Positions 1 to 12,400 of a stretch of 64,000 nt of DNA are shown in pieces. Made by a program: the position numbers and the translations under genes. The DNA is from Nemertoderma westbladi (lineage: Eukaryota > Animalia > Xenacoelomorpha): the NCBI GenBank assembly GCA_032718475.1, contig JAUCBJ010008128.1, forward strand, positions 1 through 64,000, in the 5' to 3' direction. The notes beneath the pieces were generated by a model. That model was not told the DNA's origin. It saw only the letters and a program-made list of their open reading frames with translations, and searched no databases. How positions within the stretch are numbered: the first letter of the stretch is position 1; every line of letters begins with the position of its first letter.

Positions 1-216
1 TGCTGCTGCAGTGGTTGAGAGCAACTCTCTTCAACATCTGGATTAGGTGATGGGATCTCTACGAACGCTTTAGGTTTATCCAAAAGGACAAAACCATCAA
101 CGCGGGCTTCAGTAAGAGAGACGCCATCCATCGATTCATTGAGAAAACTAATATGAGCTTTATCATTCAAGTAATGCAACTCGATAGAATTTCCACCGGC
201 ACCTACTTCAGTAGAA

Positions 217-918
217 TTATCGGTGTTGGTGATAATAATTTTTTTTATTATTGGTTTTAATCATTTTGAGACGGTCTGATAATTGAATGATATTTTTATC
301 AAAAAGATGTTTGTCTGTTTCAACGACTTGGTTGTCCCACTCTCGCAACAAAACAGTTAGTTCCTGTTTTGACAAATTGAAACCTGTATAATAGTTAAAA
401 CCAACACTGTCAACGTATCTGACGCTGATTTTCCATAAGCCAACATAGTTGGTTCCTTTAAAAGCTGTTACAAATCCAATAAACTCTGGATTTGATAATT
501 CAATGTAGAATTGATCGCTAATAATCTCTAGCGGTGGAGAGAGAAATTGCAATAATTTCCCTCTGTATTGTATTAGAACTTCAGTAAAAGCTTTGTTGAG
601 GACTTTGCATTTGCCCTGTTTCTGAACGTAAACATCACCCGACGCGGGGTTGATGGAAATATTCAAATTTCCCCGCGCAAAACGAGGAGTTGGATATATC
701 CTACCTGGTATAATTGCTGGTCTGGATTGATGTTGGTTGTCGGTTGTTGTTTCTAGAATGTCTAGCAAATAGCGGGTATCTTGATGAGAAAAACAAATTG
801 ATTCGTTGTCTCCCTGAGATTCCACAATAAAATACTTGCTGTAAACAACGGTACAAGTATATTTATTGTAAGTGAATTTCCAGCTATTTGTTGCTCCGGT
901 TTTTTGCGTTAAGGCCAT
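217..918 (-). CDS. Uncharacterised protein with a C-terminal PC4/Sub1-like ssDNA-binding motif; probably continues past a frameshift to the window edge
   Basis: 233-aa ATG ORF. FVTAFKGTNYVGLWK...TGFNLSKQELTVLLREWD resembles the PC4 pattern (V..FKG..yidiR....kGisL..eqw..L). Removing one A from the A-run near 240-247 gives an open frame (IIITNTDNSTEVG...PLQQ) to base 1. Confidence 0.45.
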   Translation of the reverse strand: MALTQKTGATNSWKFTYNKYTCTVVYSKYFIVESQGDNESICFSHQDTRYLLDILETTTDNQHQSRPAIIPGRIYPTPRFARGNLNISINPASGDVYVQKQGKCKVLNKAFTEVLIQYRGKLLQFLSPPLEIISDQFYIELSNPEFIGFVTAFKGTNYVGLWKISVRYVDSVGFNYYTGFNLSKQELTVLLREWDNQVVETDKHLFDKNIIQLSDRLKMIKTNNKKNYYHQHR

Positions 919-1014
919 AATAATAATAATAAATACGAAAAATATTACAAGTGATAAATTTTAAACCGTATCGCTGTAATAAATTGACACCATAGTTCTC
1001 ACTCTAAAATTGTG

Positions 1015-1093
1015 TAAAATCTATATTGAAAATATGACGCTCTTCATTATGATCCAAGCAAGGAAGAGCGTCATATTTTCAATATAGATTTTA
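1015..1093. repeat. Perfect 31-bp inverted repeat with 17-bp spacer
   Basis: TAAAATCTATATTGAAAATATGACGCTCTTC (1015-1045) and its reverse complement (1063-1093). Confidence 0.9.
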
Positions 1094-2199
1094 ATTATCA
1101 GTATCGAGTTTGTTTTTAGGTCGATACCCAATGCTGGAATCAGTATCATTTTATGTGGCGTCGTTTTCCGACCAACGAATATACAACGAGTAAGATAATG
1201 TAGAAATTATTAAGGAAATAACACAATGTCAGAGTGAGAACAAAAAAAAATTAGATATGGTATCAATATATTACCATGAAGATTACTAGAAGTGATGAAT
1301 TTTATTAAAAACATTCACTTATATATATATAAATTTGTGATGTGGCATAGTCAACGAAGAAGAGATGGTACGTGTCATAATCATCGACGAATAAGAAAAG
1401 AGATGGAGTGCAACGTGGATGAATGGTTGGTTGCCTGAATAGGAAATACGTGAAAGAATATGAATCATAGGGTTGTGTGTGTGTGTGTAATAATCAATAA
1501 TTATTATAATAAAAACGTGCAGTATATAATGTTAGTGGTGGTAGCCTTTCAATATGACACAGATGCTGCGGGATTGGTTAGGTTGAGTAACTACTATGCA
1601 AATGTTGTTTGTATACGTGTAGCCGGGACGTGGATTGGTGACAGCCGTGCTGGAGTTGGCAATCAATATAATATCTGATGTAGTTGGTGGCCACGTTGTC
1701 AGCATATACAGTATACAGTGGTTGGATGGTTGGATAGGAAATAACTATGGAAATGTTTGTATACGTGTAGCTGGAAACGTGGCGGAATTTCAACACGTAT
1801 CCTACTGCTGGATTGGTAGGTTGCTCGGTTGAATGGATTGGCGACAGCAGTCGAAGAGTTGGCGATCGAATCGATATAATAGGGTAGTGTGGGGCTAGCC
1901 ACACGATGAGAGGTTTGGGTACGCGCGAAGATGAATATGCTATGGTTGGTTGATGCAACGACACGAACCAATACGCGCGGGTGGTAACAGCTGTAGGAGT
2001 AAGGAGGGCATCGTGAGGTTAGGCTACGCGTAGGTGATAGGCAGCGATTGGTTGAAGGTAACGAGGCGAATCAATATTGATGGTGACAGATGGTCATTAA
2101 ACACCACGATTTAGCACCGGAATTTGGCATTTTTTAATTGCCTCCGAGATGTGGCCCGTAGCCCAGGCTAGGGAGGAGTGGGTGGAGGGCTATGCTTCT

Positions 2200-2468
2200 C
2201 CTACTACTGGCACATGATGGAGGAACGGAGGAGGGCGAAACTCAACTGAGTCCTGATGAGGGAGAGAGTCTGCGAGTAGGGAGCATTCCATTTCGCCGAC
2301 AGTGGGAGCGCAATGCGTGTGAGGAGAGCATGGGCTGAGCGGCTGGCCCCACTAGTTGTAGCTGGTGGTTTAGTTTACAAAAGGCGAGAAGCAGGCGTGC
2401 TCGACGTCATTGATTCTCTCCTTGTACTTCATCCGTTTCTCTCGCTCATGTTTGCTGTAAGCAGCATC
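2200..2468 (-). pseudogene. 3' part of CRE-clade (RLE endonuclease) non-LTR retrotransposon ORF
   Basis: Minus strand reads DAAYSKHEREKRMKYKERINDVEHACFSPFV, then after a frameshift LSLIRTQLSFALLRSSIMC. It joins ...NPCSVDA at 25876 across TSD GCATC. Confidence 0.85.
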
Positions 2469-3009
2469 TGTTAGCTTATTCAATCCCGCTAACACCCCAT
2501 AAAGTTAAGCCGATAAGCAATATTGGGGGACACGAGATTGGGCAATCAATCACTCGTGTCACCCCAACAAAATGGGAAGGAGGAACACACAATAAGGGTC
2601 AGGGGCCAAACCCCTAACCGAGAGAGAATAGCTGGGGTGAGCGCCAACAAGGGTATCAACCAATCAGAGGGGGGGAAGCATCGATCAGGTAGAGTAACAA
2701 GGCCAACCCGTGCAATATAGCCAGTTGGCAGTAATCATATCAGTTCAGTTATCTCAGTATCATATTGGTGCTAGTTAGGTTAGTTAGTTTAGCTAGGGAA
2801 GGACCGGGACTTTAATTACCGTAACCCGCCTTCCGTATACGACAACATTATTCATATGCCTATATCTATATACCCTATGTCTATATATCCGTACAACCGA
2901 ATATTATATACGACGAACGACAGGAACTCCTTTTACCTTTCATACACACGGCGGGGACGCGTGAACTAAACAACCGGATAAACCGGGATCCTTCCTGGAT
3001 CCCGTCACA
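2469..3009 (+). repeat. 5' LTR of element A (541 bp)
   Basis: TGTTAGC...CGTCACA; near-identical to 25317-25875 apart from an 18-bp indel and a few substitutions. Confidence 0.95.
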
Positions 3010-3018
3010 GTAATTAAA
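3010..3018 (+). promoter_or_regulatory. Non-tRNA primer-binding site of A (candidate self-priming site)
   Basis: GTAATTAAA directly after the LTR CA with no TGG; complementary to TTTAATTAC at 2811-2819 inside the LTR. Confidence 0.55.
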
Positions 3019-3145
3019 CCAGTGCTGCCACCCTAGCTAAACTCAGTAATTAAAACCTAGCAGCTACCTGGCAGTAATTAAATCAGAGCTGCCGCCCTAG
3101 CTAGCTAAACTCAGCAACCACCAACCACCAATCTACAGAAGAGAG

Positions 3146-5409
3146 ATGAGTCAGTCGGGAGAGACAACACCGACGCAGACCCCGGACGAAGAACAAACGA
3201 TCCGCGAGGCCGCGACCAGGCGGTATAGGCCCACGACGCTGGAGCCATCGGTAACGGGTGATCCGGAAGTTCAAGATGAGGAGGACCGTCTGGAGTCAGA
3301 AGCCGAGTCGAGAGGAGGGGGAGTCGAGTCGGAGGATAGAGAGAACGAGCTCGAGGGAGAAAGAGACGAGTCGACGCGGAACGAGGGTCGACGTGCCGAT
3401 GTCACGGGCCAGCCACAGGCCGAGAGCGACGAACGGCCCACCGAGACGGTGACGGTGGGGCCGACGGTACGACGCCGGACCCGGAGAGACGACGGAGATG
3501 TCGATACCAATGTCGCCGGCCAGGCACAGGCCGAGGGCGACGGACGGCCCACCGGAACGCCGACAGTGGGGCTGCCGGTACGACGTCGAACCCGGAGAGA
3601 CGGAGGAGGGGTCGGCGACGAGGACGTCGCGGTCTCCGATCAACTTCGACGGGCTTACAACGCGACCCGGAGACTACTAGAGGAGGCCAGAAAGGGGAAA
3701 ACGATAGACGAGGTAAAACTAAAGTCAGGACTAGGTAAGTCGGACAGACATCTATATTATCTAATGCGCTTCGGGCAGAGAGAATTGGCCGAGGAGAGAG
3801 CGACAAGGGTTGCCGAGGAACTGTATGACTCATGGCGGCACGGGGGTATACAACCTAGTGTAGTGTACATAGGGCCATACTTAATCGATGCCCGGGGTAT
3901 AAAATTAGTGGGTTGGAACAGACCTGAGGAGAGCGAATCCGAGGTTGACCCCGCGGATTCGGTCTCGTCGGCCGGAGGGAGTTCCGGGAGGAGGGGGAAA
4001 GTTAGTAGATCGGGAAGGCGGAGGGAATCCGTCACAACCGATAAGTCTGCTACATCCTCCGCGAAAGAAAGACGGGTGAGAGAGATAGACGCTAGGTACC
4101 GTCTCAATCTGGCAGTGCAAGGTAATAGAGAAGTAGGTAGACGGCTAGAGGAGGGGAGAGTGCTGCTAGAGAGGGAAATGGTGTCGATTAGAGAGACAAG
4201 AGAGAGGGCCGAAAGGGCTGTGAGGAGCCTTAGGGAATATGATGAAATAGAGTTGAAGGAACAAGAGGAGCGTGTGGCAAGAGAGAAAAGTGAACGAAAG
4301 GAACGTGAGGCGGAACGCGAGAAACGTGAGGCAAAGTGGGAAAGTGAACGCAGAGAGCGTGAGGCGAGGCGAAGGGAGGGGATTAGGAGAGAGATGGAAT
4401 TGGCCGAGCAGAGCGAACGGGAGGCTATGGATAAAATAGCAAGAGTGGAGCGTGAGCGAAAAGAATTGGAGAAACAGCGAGACAAACTCGTAGAGTATGA
4501 AGCTGTACACACGCGCGAGGTGGGACTGGCGCGGGTGGGGGCGTCTGAGAGCGGGGCAGGCTCGAATATTTTCGAGGAGCCGAGGGCCGTGGATACGTTT
4601 ATTAATACTCCACTCACAGGGACCGCACGACAGACATGAAACTGGTGTGACCTTACGGGCGGGGGGGGGGGGGGCAATAACAATATTACAGTAGATGACG
4701 TTGATATTAATAATACCGTATTGAACGACTCTAACCAAATCTTTATTGCAGGAAATACTTTACCCAATAGCAATAATTTTATTTTAAATCAGAACGATTC
4801 TAATATTAACGTGCAAAATAATTCTAATAATGTAGTTATACAAAGTAATCCAAATAATTTAAATAATAACCCGAATTCGATTTTACAAAATAATCCAAAT
4901 AATGTTATAACGCAAGATAATGTTTCTAACTTTGGTGCACAGGATAATTTGGGTGAACTAGAGGATACTCACAGTGGTGTTATTAATGTAAACGCGTCCG
5001 ACATGCGTAGCCCGGCGGGTGAGGGCCTGGTAGGCCACGTAGCTGGTAGACAGGGAGTAGAGGGCCTGGTAGGCCACGTAGTTGGTAGGCAGGGAGTAGA
5101 GGGCCTGGTAGGCCACGTAGTTGGTAGGCGGGGAGAAGAGGGCCTGGTAGGCCACACAATAGCAGAGGGAGGGGCGGGGGTGAATGGACCCAGCCGCGGT
5201 AGGGTTGATGTGTCGACTAGAGAGGTATATAGCAGCGGAGCGAGAGATAGCGAAGTTAGATGTGGCGAGTGGGGGGGATTACAGGAACCCCACAACAGCA
5301 AGTTAGCGGCGAAAGGGGGGGGGCAGAGAGTGCCCCGCAGGCGTCAATGGATAATGCAAGGGCCGAAGTAGGTAAACCGCAACACCCGGCGACGGAGAGT
5401 AATAGGGGG
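3146..5409 (+). pseudogene. Gag N-terminal region of element A (charged/coiled-coil and Asn-rich), interrupted
   Basis: ORFs 3146-4639 and 4721-5371 share a frame separated by one TGA (4637-4639). A frameshift at a G-run leads to ...HPATESNRG, which continues in frame as IASIPSGVRSSRER after 18593 once B1 is removed. Confidence 0.8.
5021..5156 (+). repeat. 39-bp coding tandem repeat (EGLVGHVVGRQGV, ~3.5 copies)
   Basis: GAGGGCCTGGTAGGCCAC recurs every 39 bp. Confidence 0.85.
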
Positions 5410-6479
5410 TGTTCGCGCTTTCAGACCTTTGGCAGTTTAACCCGCCAAATTAGGATGTCTTCTAGATAATAAATCACCTTTAGCCTATGACAAGTATTTA
5501 ATTCACTACACTAGTCGAAACCAATCTGTGCGCGATCATTCACCCGTTGGATATACCCGGGAGATTGGGTTCGACGGCTTAATTTTATTGCTATGTAAGC
5601 CTAATGTATTATTCGACTGACAGTATTATATAATCTCTGACAATATTATTCACCTTCGGGAAATATTAACAGTTCCTTTAGGACGTGGCGCTCTATCTAT
5701 ATAAACAGAGTTATGACTTAAACTACTCACAACGATATGGCTTAGTTACAATTCACATATATGGCGCATTCTTTAGGAAATGCTTCGTTATCAGTCTCAC
5801 TCATACACAATGCTGCACAATACTGCACACTGATCTGCCGATCTTCACTGATTTTAGTCACATATAAAAGGAACACGGACCGAATCATGTAGGGTCTATC
5901 AAATAACATTAGATTCACTTCAAACCACTCAACATAGGTCGCAATCATTTATCTGTAACCTTTCTCTCTTACCTTCGGTATATCAAGAATATTGGGTTTT
6001 CGGGGTTATTTGTCGTTATTCCAAATATAATAATTCATCAACCATATTATGAAGAACTGACAGTAAATAGCAGTATAACAATATAAAAGTATGCACAGTG
6101 TTACACAGTATGCAGTGTATGCAGTACTGCAGTATGCAGTATGCAGATAACGGATATATGTCCTTATAATTAAGCCTACTAGTGTAGGACTAAAAACTGA
6201 ACAACGAGAGAACAAAGAAACAAAGAAACGTCGACGTGGCAATATCAGCTGCTAGCCGTCGTCATGGTAGCGACACTGTTTTCAAGAGTATCGAGCTTTT
6301 ACGTCACGGAATTACGGATTATGTCCTCTAAAGTACAAATACAGAAGAAATAGCTTTTATGTCCGCTAAAACACCAGTACAGCAAGGACACGGCCTTTTT
6401 ATGCCTGGTAAACCAACTACAGAGTATTTACGGGAAAAATAAGGAAAAATAACCGGACAATTCAGCAAAAGCTTTTACA
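5410..6479 (-). repeat. 3' LTR of B1 (1070 bp)
   Basis: TG...CA termini; near-identical to 17662-18588. Confidence 0.95.
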
Positions 6480-9400
6480 CCACTCCCAGAAAATGGGATT
6501 TTCAGTCTATAAAATATAAAAATCACAGTTTCTAAAACATAAAGATACTCTAAACAGTTAGTTTCTTTGCGCGGACGGCGTTTACGCAGTTTCTTGAGGC
6601 TAGCAAGAGTCCTTTTCTCTTTGGGGGAGCCACTTTACTAGGAGGGCTATAAATCCTGGGTGAAGGGTGCAATATGATTGCATCAGAAGGTGTAGGATTA
6701 TGGTCGGGGTATCCGCCGTTTCGATATGCTTCTCCTCGAGCTGATTTTCCTCCGCTCGTAGCTGGATACGTTCATCCAAAAACTCTCGCAGAGAATGGGG
6801 TTGTCTAAGTGCGATATCTTCTTAGAGATTCTGGATTTCACAATCGAACTGAGATAAAGACAATTCGTTTATCGCTTGGACTTGCTGTTATAACTTACGT
6901 TTATCTGAACAAACGTAGGTTTCCTTTCTGATCTTTGTAGAATAGCGTTTAACTCGTTTGGTACAACGTTCTCCGCCACTCTGGTGACAGGTTATATCGT
7001 GTCAAGCCGGGACGATGGTAAGGGTTAAACGGCGATATTAAATGTCTGCGTCACAATCCGGCTAGGTAAGATGGGCGGCTAGCTAGAAATCACTGTCGGA
7101 GTGTTACCGATTAATTGTTAGGGTAGCACTAGATCTTTGAACAGTGAATACAGTCCGCGAGGATCCGCGACACCACCAGGATCGCAGGTCTGAGGTCCAA
7201 CTAAGGAATGAGGAGGTTTGACCGAGTATTCCGGGACTCTGATCGTAGGTTTACTCCAGGATCGTTCGAGCCGAGTGAGCATAGGTGATACGTCAACAAG
7301 TTTCGGTTTCCGTGGATGTTTATGTCTTTCCGTTTATTAGTTGGGTCTAGGGCATTTATCGTAATAATACCAAAGACGCACGTCTGGTAAGGTAAACGCG
7401 GGTGATATTTATTTGTTGTTACAATGCTTCTATCAAGAATTCCAAATATACGTTGGAGTTACCGCGTCCATTTGTTTCTTTAGTGTCTTTTCTTTCGAGT
7501 CGATTTCGAATAGAATTTTCGCATTCGAATTTCAGTTTATGGTTCCGACTCCGCTGGGCAGGATATATAGTCGACATAGTCCGTATTGTGTAAATCGATA
7601 GGATGACCAGTAGTTAAGAAGCCCATATACGTACCATTACGCTGCGTATATCGAGCAGCGAATTTTCTATAGTCCAACTCACGCGTGAGCTGCTCTTGGG
7701 ACATTGGCGGTTCGATATAACGACCATCGTCCTCCGCAGCAGTTGGACTAACGTCGCCGCGTATTAAGCTATCAACAAACGCTTGTAAAAGTAGAGTATA
7801 TCACTCCCCGATACCAAGACCATCTTCTATCAACTCCGTCATATCTGCTATATATGAGTTTATCCATATTATAATGAGTTTATATTTAGGCGAGCGGGCG
7901 TCGCTGCCTATCCCAATCAACCCCCGGACAGTACGAGATCCTCAGCGCCGATGTGTCGTCGCCGCTGTACTTTCGCCAACGACGTAGCCGCACAACGACA
8001 ACGACAACCGGCACAAGTCACTCGACTGTCCGTCCCAAAGGCTTAGATGTACTTCAGGTTTTCCTTGGAGAGTTAGGTTACTTTTACGATTGCGACTAGC
8101 TACTGTAAACACACCTTAGCAGTAACATTCACCTATAAACTCACAAATACCACACAACTGGTCACAACTACGCACATTCGGGCCATTTGTCCGTTAGTCA
8201 ATGCCTTCCAGAATGTCACTGTATTATTATGCATCCTTGGGTACTAGTAGTGCGCTATTTATTCCCTATGCTATTCAATGGGACAAGCTTTCTATTGTTC
8301 GTTTAACTCAATTCTAATTCTAGCGTGGTTGTTGCTATGGTGACATTATGCAAGGCTAGCGGTAGAATTAGGGTAATTCCAATACATACAGATCTGGGAT
8401 GTTATTTAATAGTATTCTTTAATAGTCAATGTTCTGTTTTATACATGACTCTATGAATTTTATCGGCTATTGACTATGTTTGGGAGACTTTCGCACACTC
8501 ATATGCATAATAAGATAAATCTCCGCTCCCTTGATCTATTAATTAATGGAATTTTGGGAATGTTATAAATTGCGTAAAAATGGCAATTTATTAAATTCAT
8601 TAAAAGGCATGAATTTAAATTTATTCCCTGAAATTTTATTATTTGATAATTAAATGGACATATTTTGATTCTAGAACATGTCTGGGGACACAAGATCCTT
8701 AATTCTATGACAATTGTCTTTTTAAGAATATCGGTAAATGCTACGATATCTTAATTGACTAGAATTGTTGAAGGATCTGAATTTTACAGATTTTGACTTA
8801 TTAAATTTGCAAATATTAAATAATTAATATTTGAGATGGGCACCAATTTATTCCAGAACTTGTCTGGGGACGTTGACCACTGATTCTAGAATTTGTCTTT
8901 CAAGTATATCGGTGGGTGCCGCGATATCTTAATCGACTAGAATGACAGATGGTCAAAGGGTTTAACAGATTTATTTTGCGTTATACGCTACTGTTAAAGG
9001 GACATCACGCTACTATATGTATTATTTAATATACGGTATGAGAGCAATATCGCACGAAGCAATGTCAGTGTGAAGAGGCAAGTCGTTTCCAAGGTCTACC
9101 CAGAGCTTGGTTTAGCCGAGACACGAGGATCTGAACTTTGCATTCCTAATACTCTGCCTACCAATAATACTTAAATATAGTAGTGGCTTTATTGTACTTT
9201 AATAAGTACGGACATTTCATCTTACTGTAGTCACGTATTTATAATATGATACGGACAGTAAGGAAAGAGGAAAAGAATTATTTCTTGCCGTCGCATTAAA
9301 TATAATATATACGTAATTAAGTAATAAACGCGAATATATATTGCACTAATCTACTAAATAATCGCTAAAATAACATTCTACTGAATAAAATTAAAGAAAA

Positions 9401-9494
9401 CGATTATAATAAAATTACATAGTAATACATACAGAAATATAAAAATAATAAAATAATATAAAATAATAGAGTCACACACCCACTCCATATGTTG

Positions 9495-12400
9495 CTACGT
9501 TATGGAGTCCCTAGATGTTTGAAGGATTAGGGAGGTGGTCGTGTGAAGAGAATCTTGCCTTCCACAGTTTCCGGAGAGTCCTCCATTCCCTTCCGGTAAA
9601 CACAAACGACCGACTGGGTGATTGAGTCGCTGCATCCCGAATACAATTCCAGGTTTCCTCTTCGTCCTGGAATAGTGACGATAGAAACATCGCTCAAAGT
9701 ATATGACGGCGTCACAAAGCCGATTCCAGGAGCTATAGTGGTCCATCGCTCTCTGCAGGAGAGGTGAGAGTCCCTGCGAGACGTCTGATGTTCCAGAGCT
9801 CCAATCGCTCTCTCTGATCTTCATGAAGGATCCACTCGCGGTGGGGAGGCCCAGATCCACGGCGTCGTCCCTGGCAACATGTAATACCGACAGATCTATC
9901 CCGGGTTCAAATAACTCCGATCCACCCGTCCGGGTTTCAGGTTCGACTTTCTCCGCTCCCTTGGCTGGTCTAATCTCAGTCGGAGTAAGATGGGGAGGCC
10001 ATTCATTCTCCTTACTCAGGAAGTCGGGTTCACCTAACCGGTCTATAGTATCTGTCAGTTCTTGAGGAGTTGCTCCTCTGGAAGCGATGTCCGTTGGATT
10101 AAACTTCTTGGGGCAATATCTCCATTGATCTACATTGGAGCTAAGATTGTCATTATCTGCGGAGTGTGGTGTTCCCTCAGTTGGGTCGTCTCCCTCACTA
10201 GTATCATCTTCCCATTCACTCACCTGGCAGACGCGATCTTGAAGCAGTCTTTCCCTGAGCGTTCTACGGGAAGGTCCAGTAAGGTACCAACCTACTCTAG
10301 TTCTTACCGCATAGGTCTGTAGTGGCTGCGGTTGAGCAGGTCGTTTCTCTAATGTCTCCAGCGCCTCATGCGCGTTTTGGCCGATGAGTATTTGCACTCC
10401 AGGATAATCAGTCTGGAATCGAGGTATGTTAAGATGTTGGATGCTCTCATCCTCGTCCCAATTATAAAGGTCTGCTTGAGTAGTAGCGAAGTTCTTTATA
10501 GCCACCATTTTCACTGACCTTATACTGTATTCTCCTAGTTTATCCTGTGGAGTGGACAACTCACCTATATAATAGTCGGCAGCTACAGTAGAATTCCAAA
10601 CCTGCATGATCCCTGACATGTTTAGCTTGGTTCGGAACTTGGGTTGTCCAGCAAAGATGACTTCGGCTAGTTCTTTATCGATGAATGTTCCTGTGCTACC
10701 GGAGTCCAGGAGGGCGTTCACTATATAGCTCTTCTGAGGTCCGTGGACCCGTAACTGGACTACAGGAAATTCTCGGATTCCTATATTGGAAGTTGGCGTT
10801 TTCCAAGATGGTTGTTGATCGGAAGTAGTTAAGGTAAGGTCGCTGTCTGTGTCTTTCTCATACACGAGTGTTCGATACACTGCGGTGGTGTTTATTAGGT
10901 AACAGGATTCGTTTTGGTCGGAGAACTCGTCCGTATAGAATCCTTCCATCTCAGATTGATCAGTGTCGTTCACATCACTGAATTGGACATGTAGTTCGGA
11001 CTCACTTACCTGACTCGGGCTGTTTCGTTCGAATTCCGTGTGCAACAAGATATGATGTTTTGCGCCGCACTTTGCACACCTTGCGTCGGAGTTACAGGTT
11101 CGCCGTTGGTGTCCTCGTCTGAGGCAATTATAACACAACCGCTTATCCCACATGACTTCACGTCTATCCTTTAGTGATTTCCTCAGGAATTTATCACACG
11201 CATTTAAACGGTGGGGCCCGTCGCACAGCACACATTTGGGCTTGATGTTACTTACTTTAACATGTGCTGTGTGGTGCACACTTGTTCTTTCCTCGGGCTT
11301 TCTCACCTGAATTCTTTTAGGAGACGTAGGAGGGGTTTTTTGTACCGGTTCCCTTCTGTCATTGGGTCGAGACTTGGATTTACTTACCTGATCTTTAGGC
11401 ATTTTATTGACATAAGATCTGTCAGTGTCTTTCCCGCTGTCCTCTCCTTGAGAAGTTTGGCTTTCACCGTCGTCGGTATAACATACTGGTATTACCCTTC
11501 TCCTAGAAACGGGTTTCTCACTTACCTTACTTTCCGCTGTCTTCTCTCTGGACTGCTTTATGAGCTGTAATTTCACCTCGCTATCCAGGAATGACATGAG
11601 ATCAGCCATGGTAGGGTCTCGTTGTTGTTGTTCCATCATATATAACACCTTCTTGTCCCAGCGTGTACCTACTCCACCCTTGGACAAAGTAGATGCTAAG
11701 GCTCCTACAACCATAGAATTCTGGTATTCATAAGACTTACCTAACCAATCTAGTTGTCTACAGATCTCCTGAATCTCATCGGAAAACTCTATAATCCCGC
11801 TACTAAGGAAGTTTCGGGGAGCTACTAATTTTGCATACAAATACTTAGCTATGTTATCCTTGTTACCATACCTGATGTTTAATGTATCCCAAACTTGTCT
11901 TAATCCTTCTGGATGTCCAATAAACTTTAACGCCATTGACTTGGGAGGTCCTTCCAAACATTCGATGAGGAATCTAAGTTTCTCTCCGTTAGATAGTACA
12001 GAGTTCTGTATGTTATCTTTATAATATTCATTAAAAGGTAACCATTTCATCTCATCTCCATTGAACTTGACGATCTCTCCCACCTTTACCGCTTGCCGGG
12101 CTTCGGTTCTAGCCATTTGACGCGTAAAACTTTCTTGGGCCATCGTCTTATTTAATATCGAATTATCGGTATATAAATTTCTCGGATTATGATCAGTTCT
12201 ATAGGGAATATCATTATCAACAGGTCTATAATTACCCTTAATAGGGTTCACTATAGGAGTTTCTACTTCGCTAGCAGTATAAATGCGTGTAGGCTCCACA
12301 CCTTGCGCATGAGATACTTCAGACCTAACGGGTTGACACATTGTTACAGGGGGTGGTGGTATACCCTTTTGTAAATTTACTAATTTATCGCGCTCTAGCG

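Noticed and set aside
4637-4639. In-frame TGA and G-run frameshifts in A gag as programmed recoding
   Set aside because: They fall within gag rather than at a gag-pol boundary and are more simply explained by point mutation and homopolymer slippage or sequencing error.
3757-4773. Antisense ORFs over element A (also 20924-22024 and 23298-24063)
   Set aside because: Shadows of purine-rich sense ORFs with no motifs.
5685-5948. Small ORFs duplicated at 17937-18200 (and 2523-2720 / 25371-25586)
   Set aside because: Duplicated only because they lie within LTRs; no coding signal.
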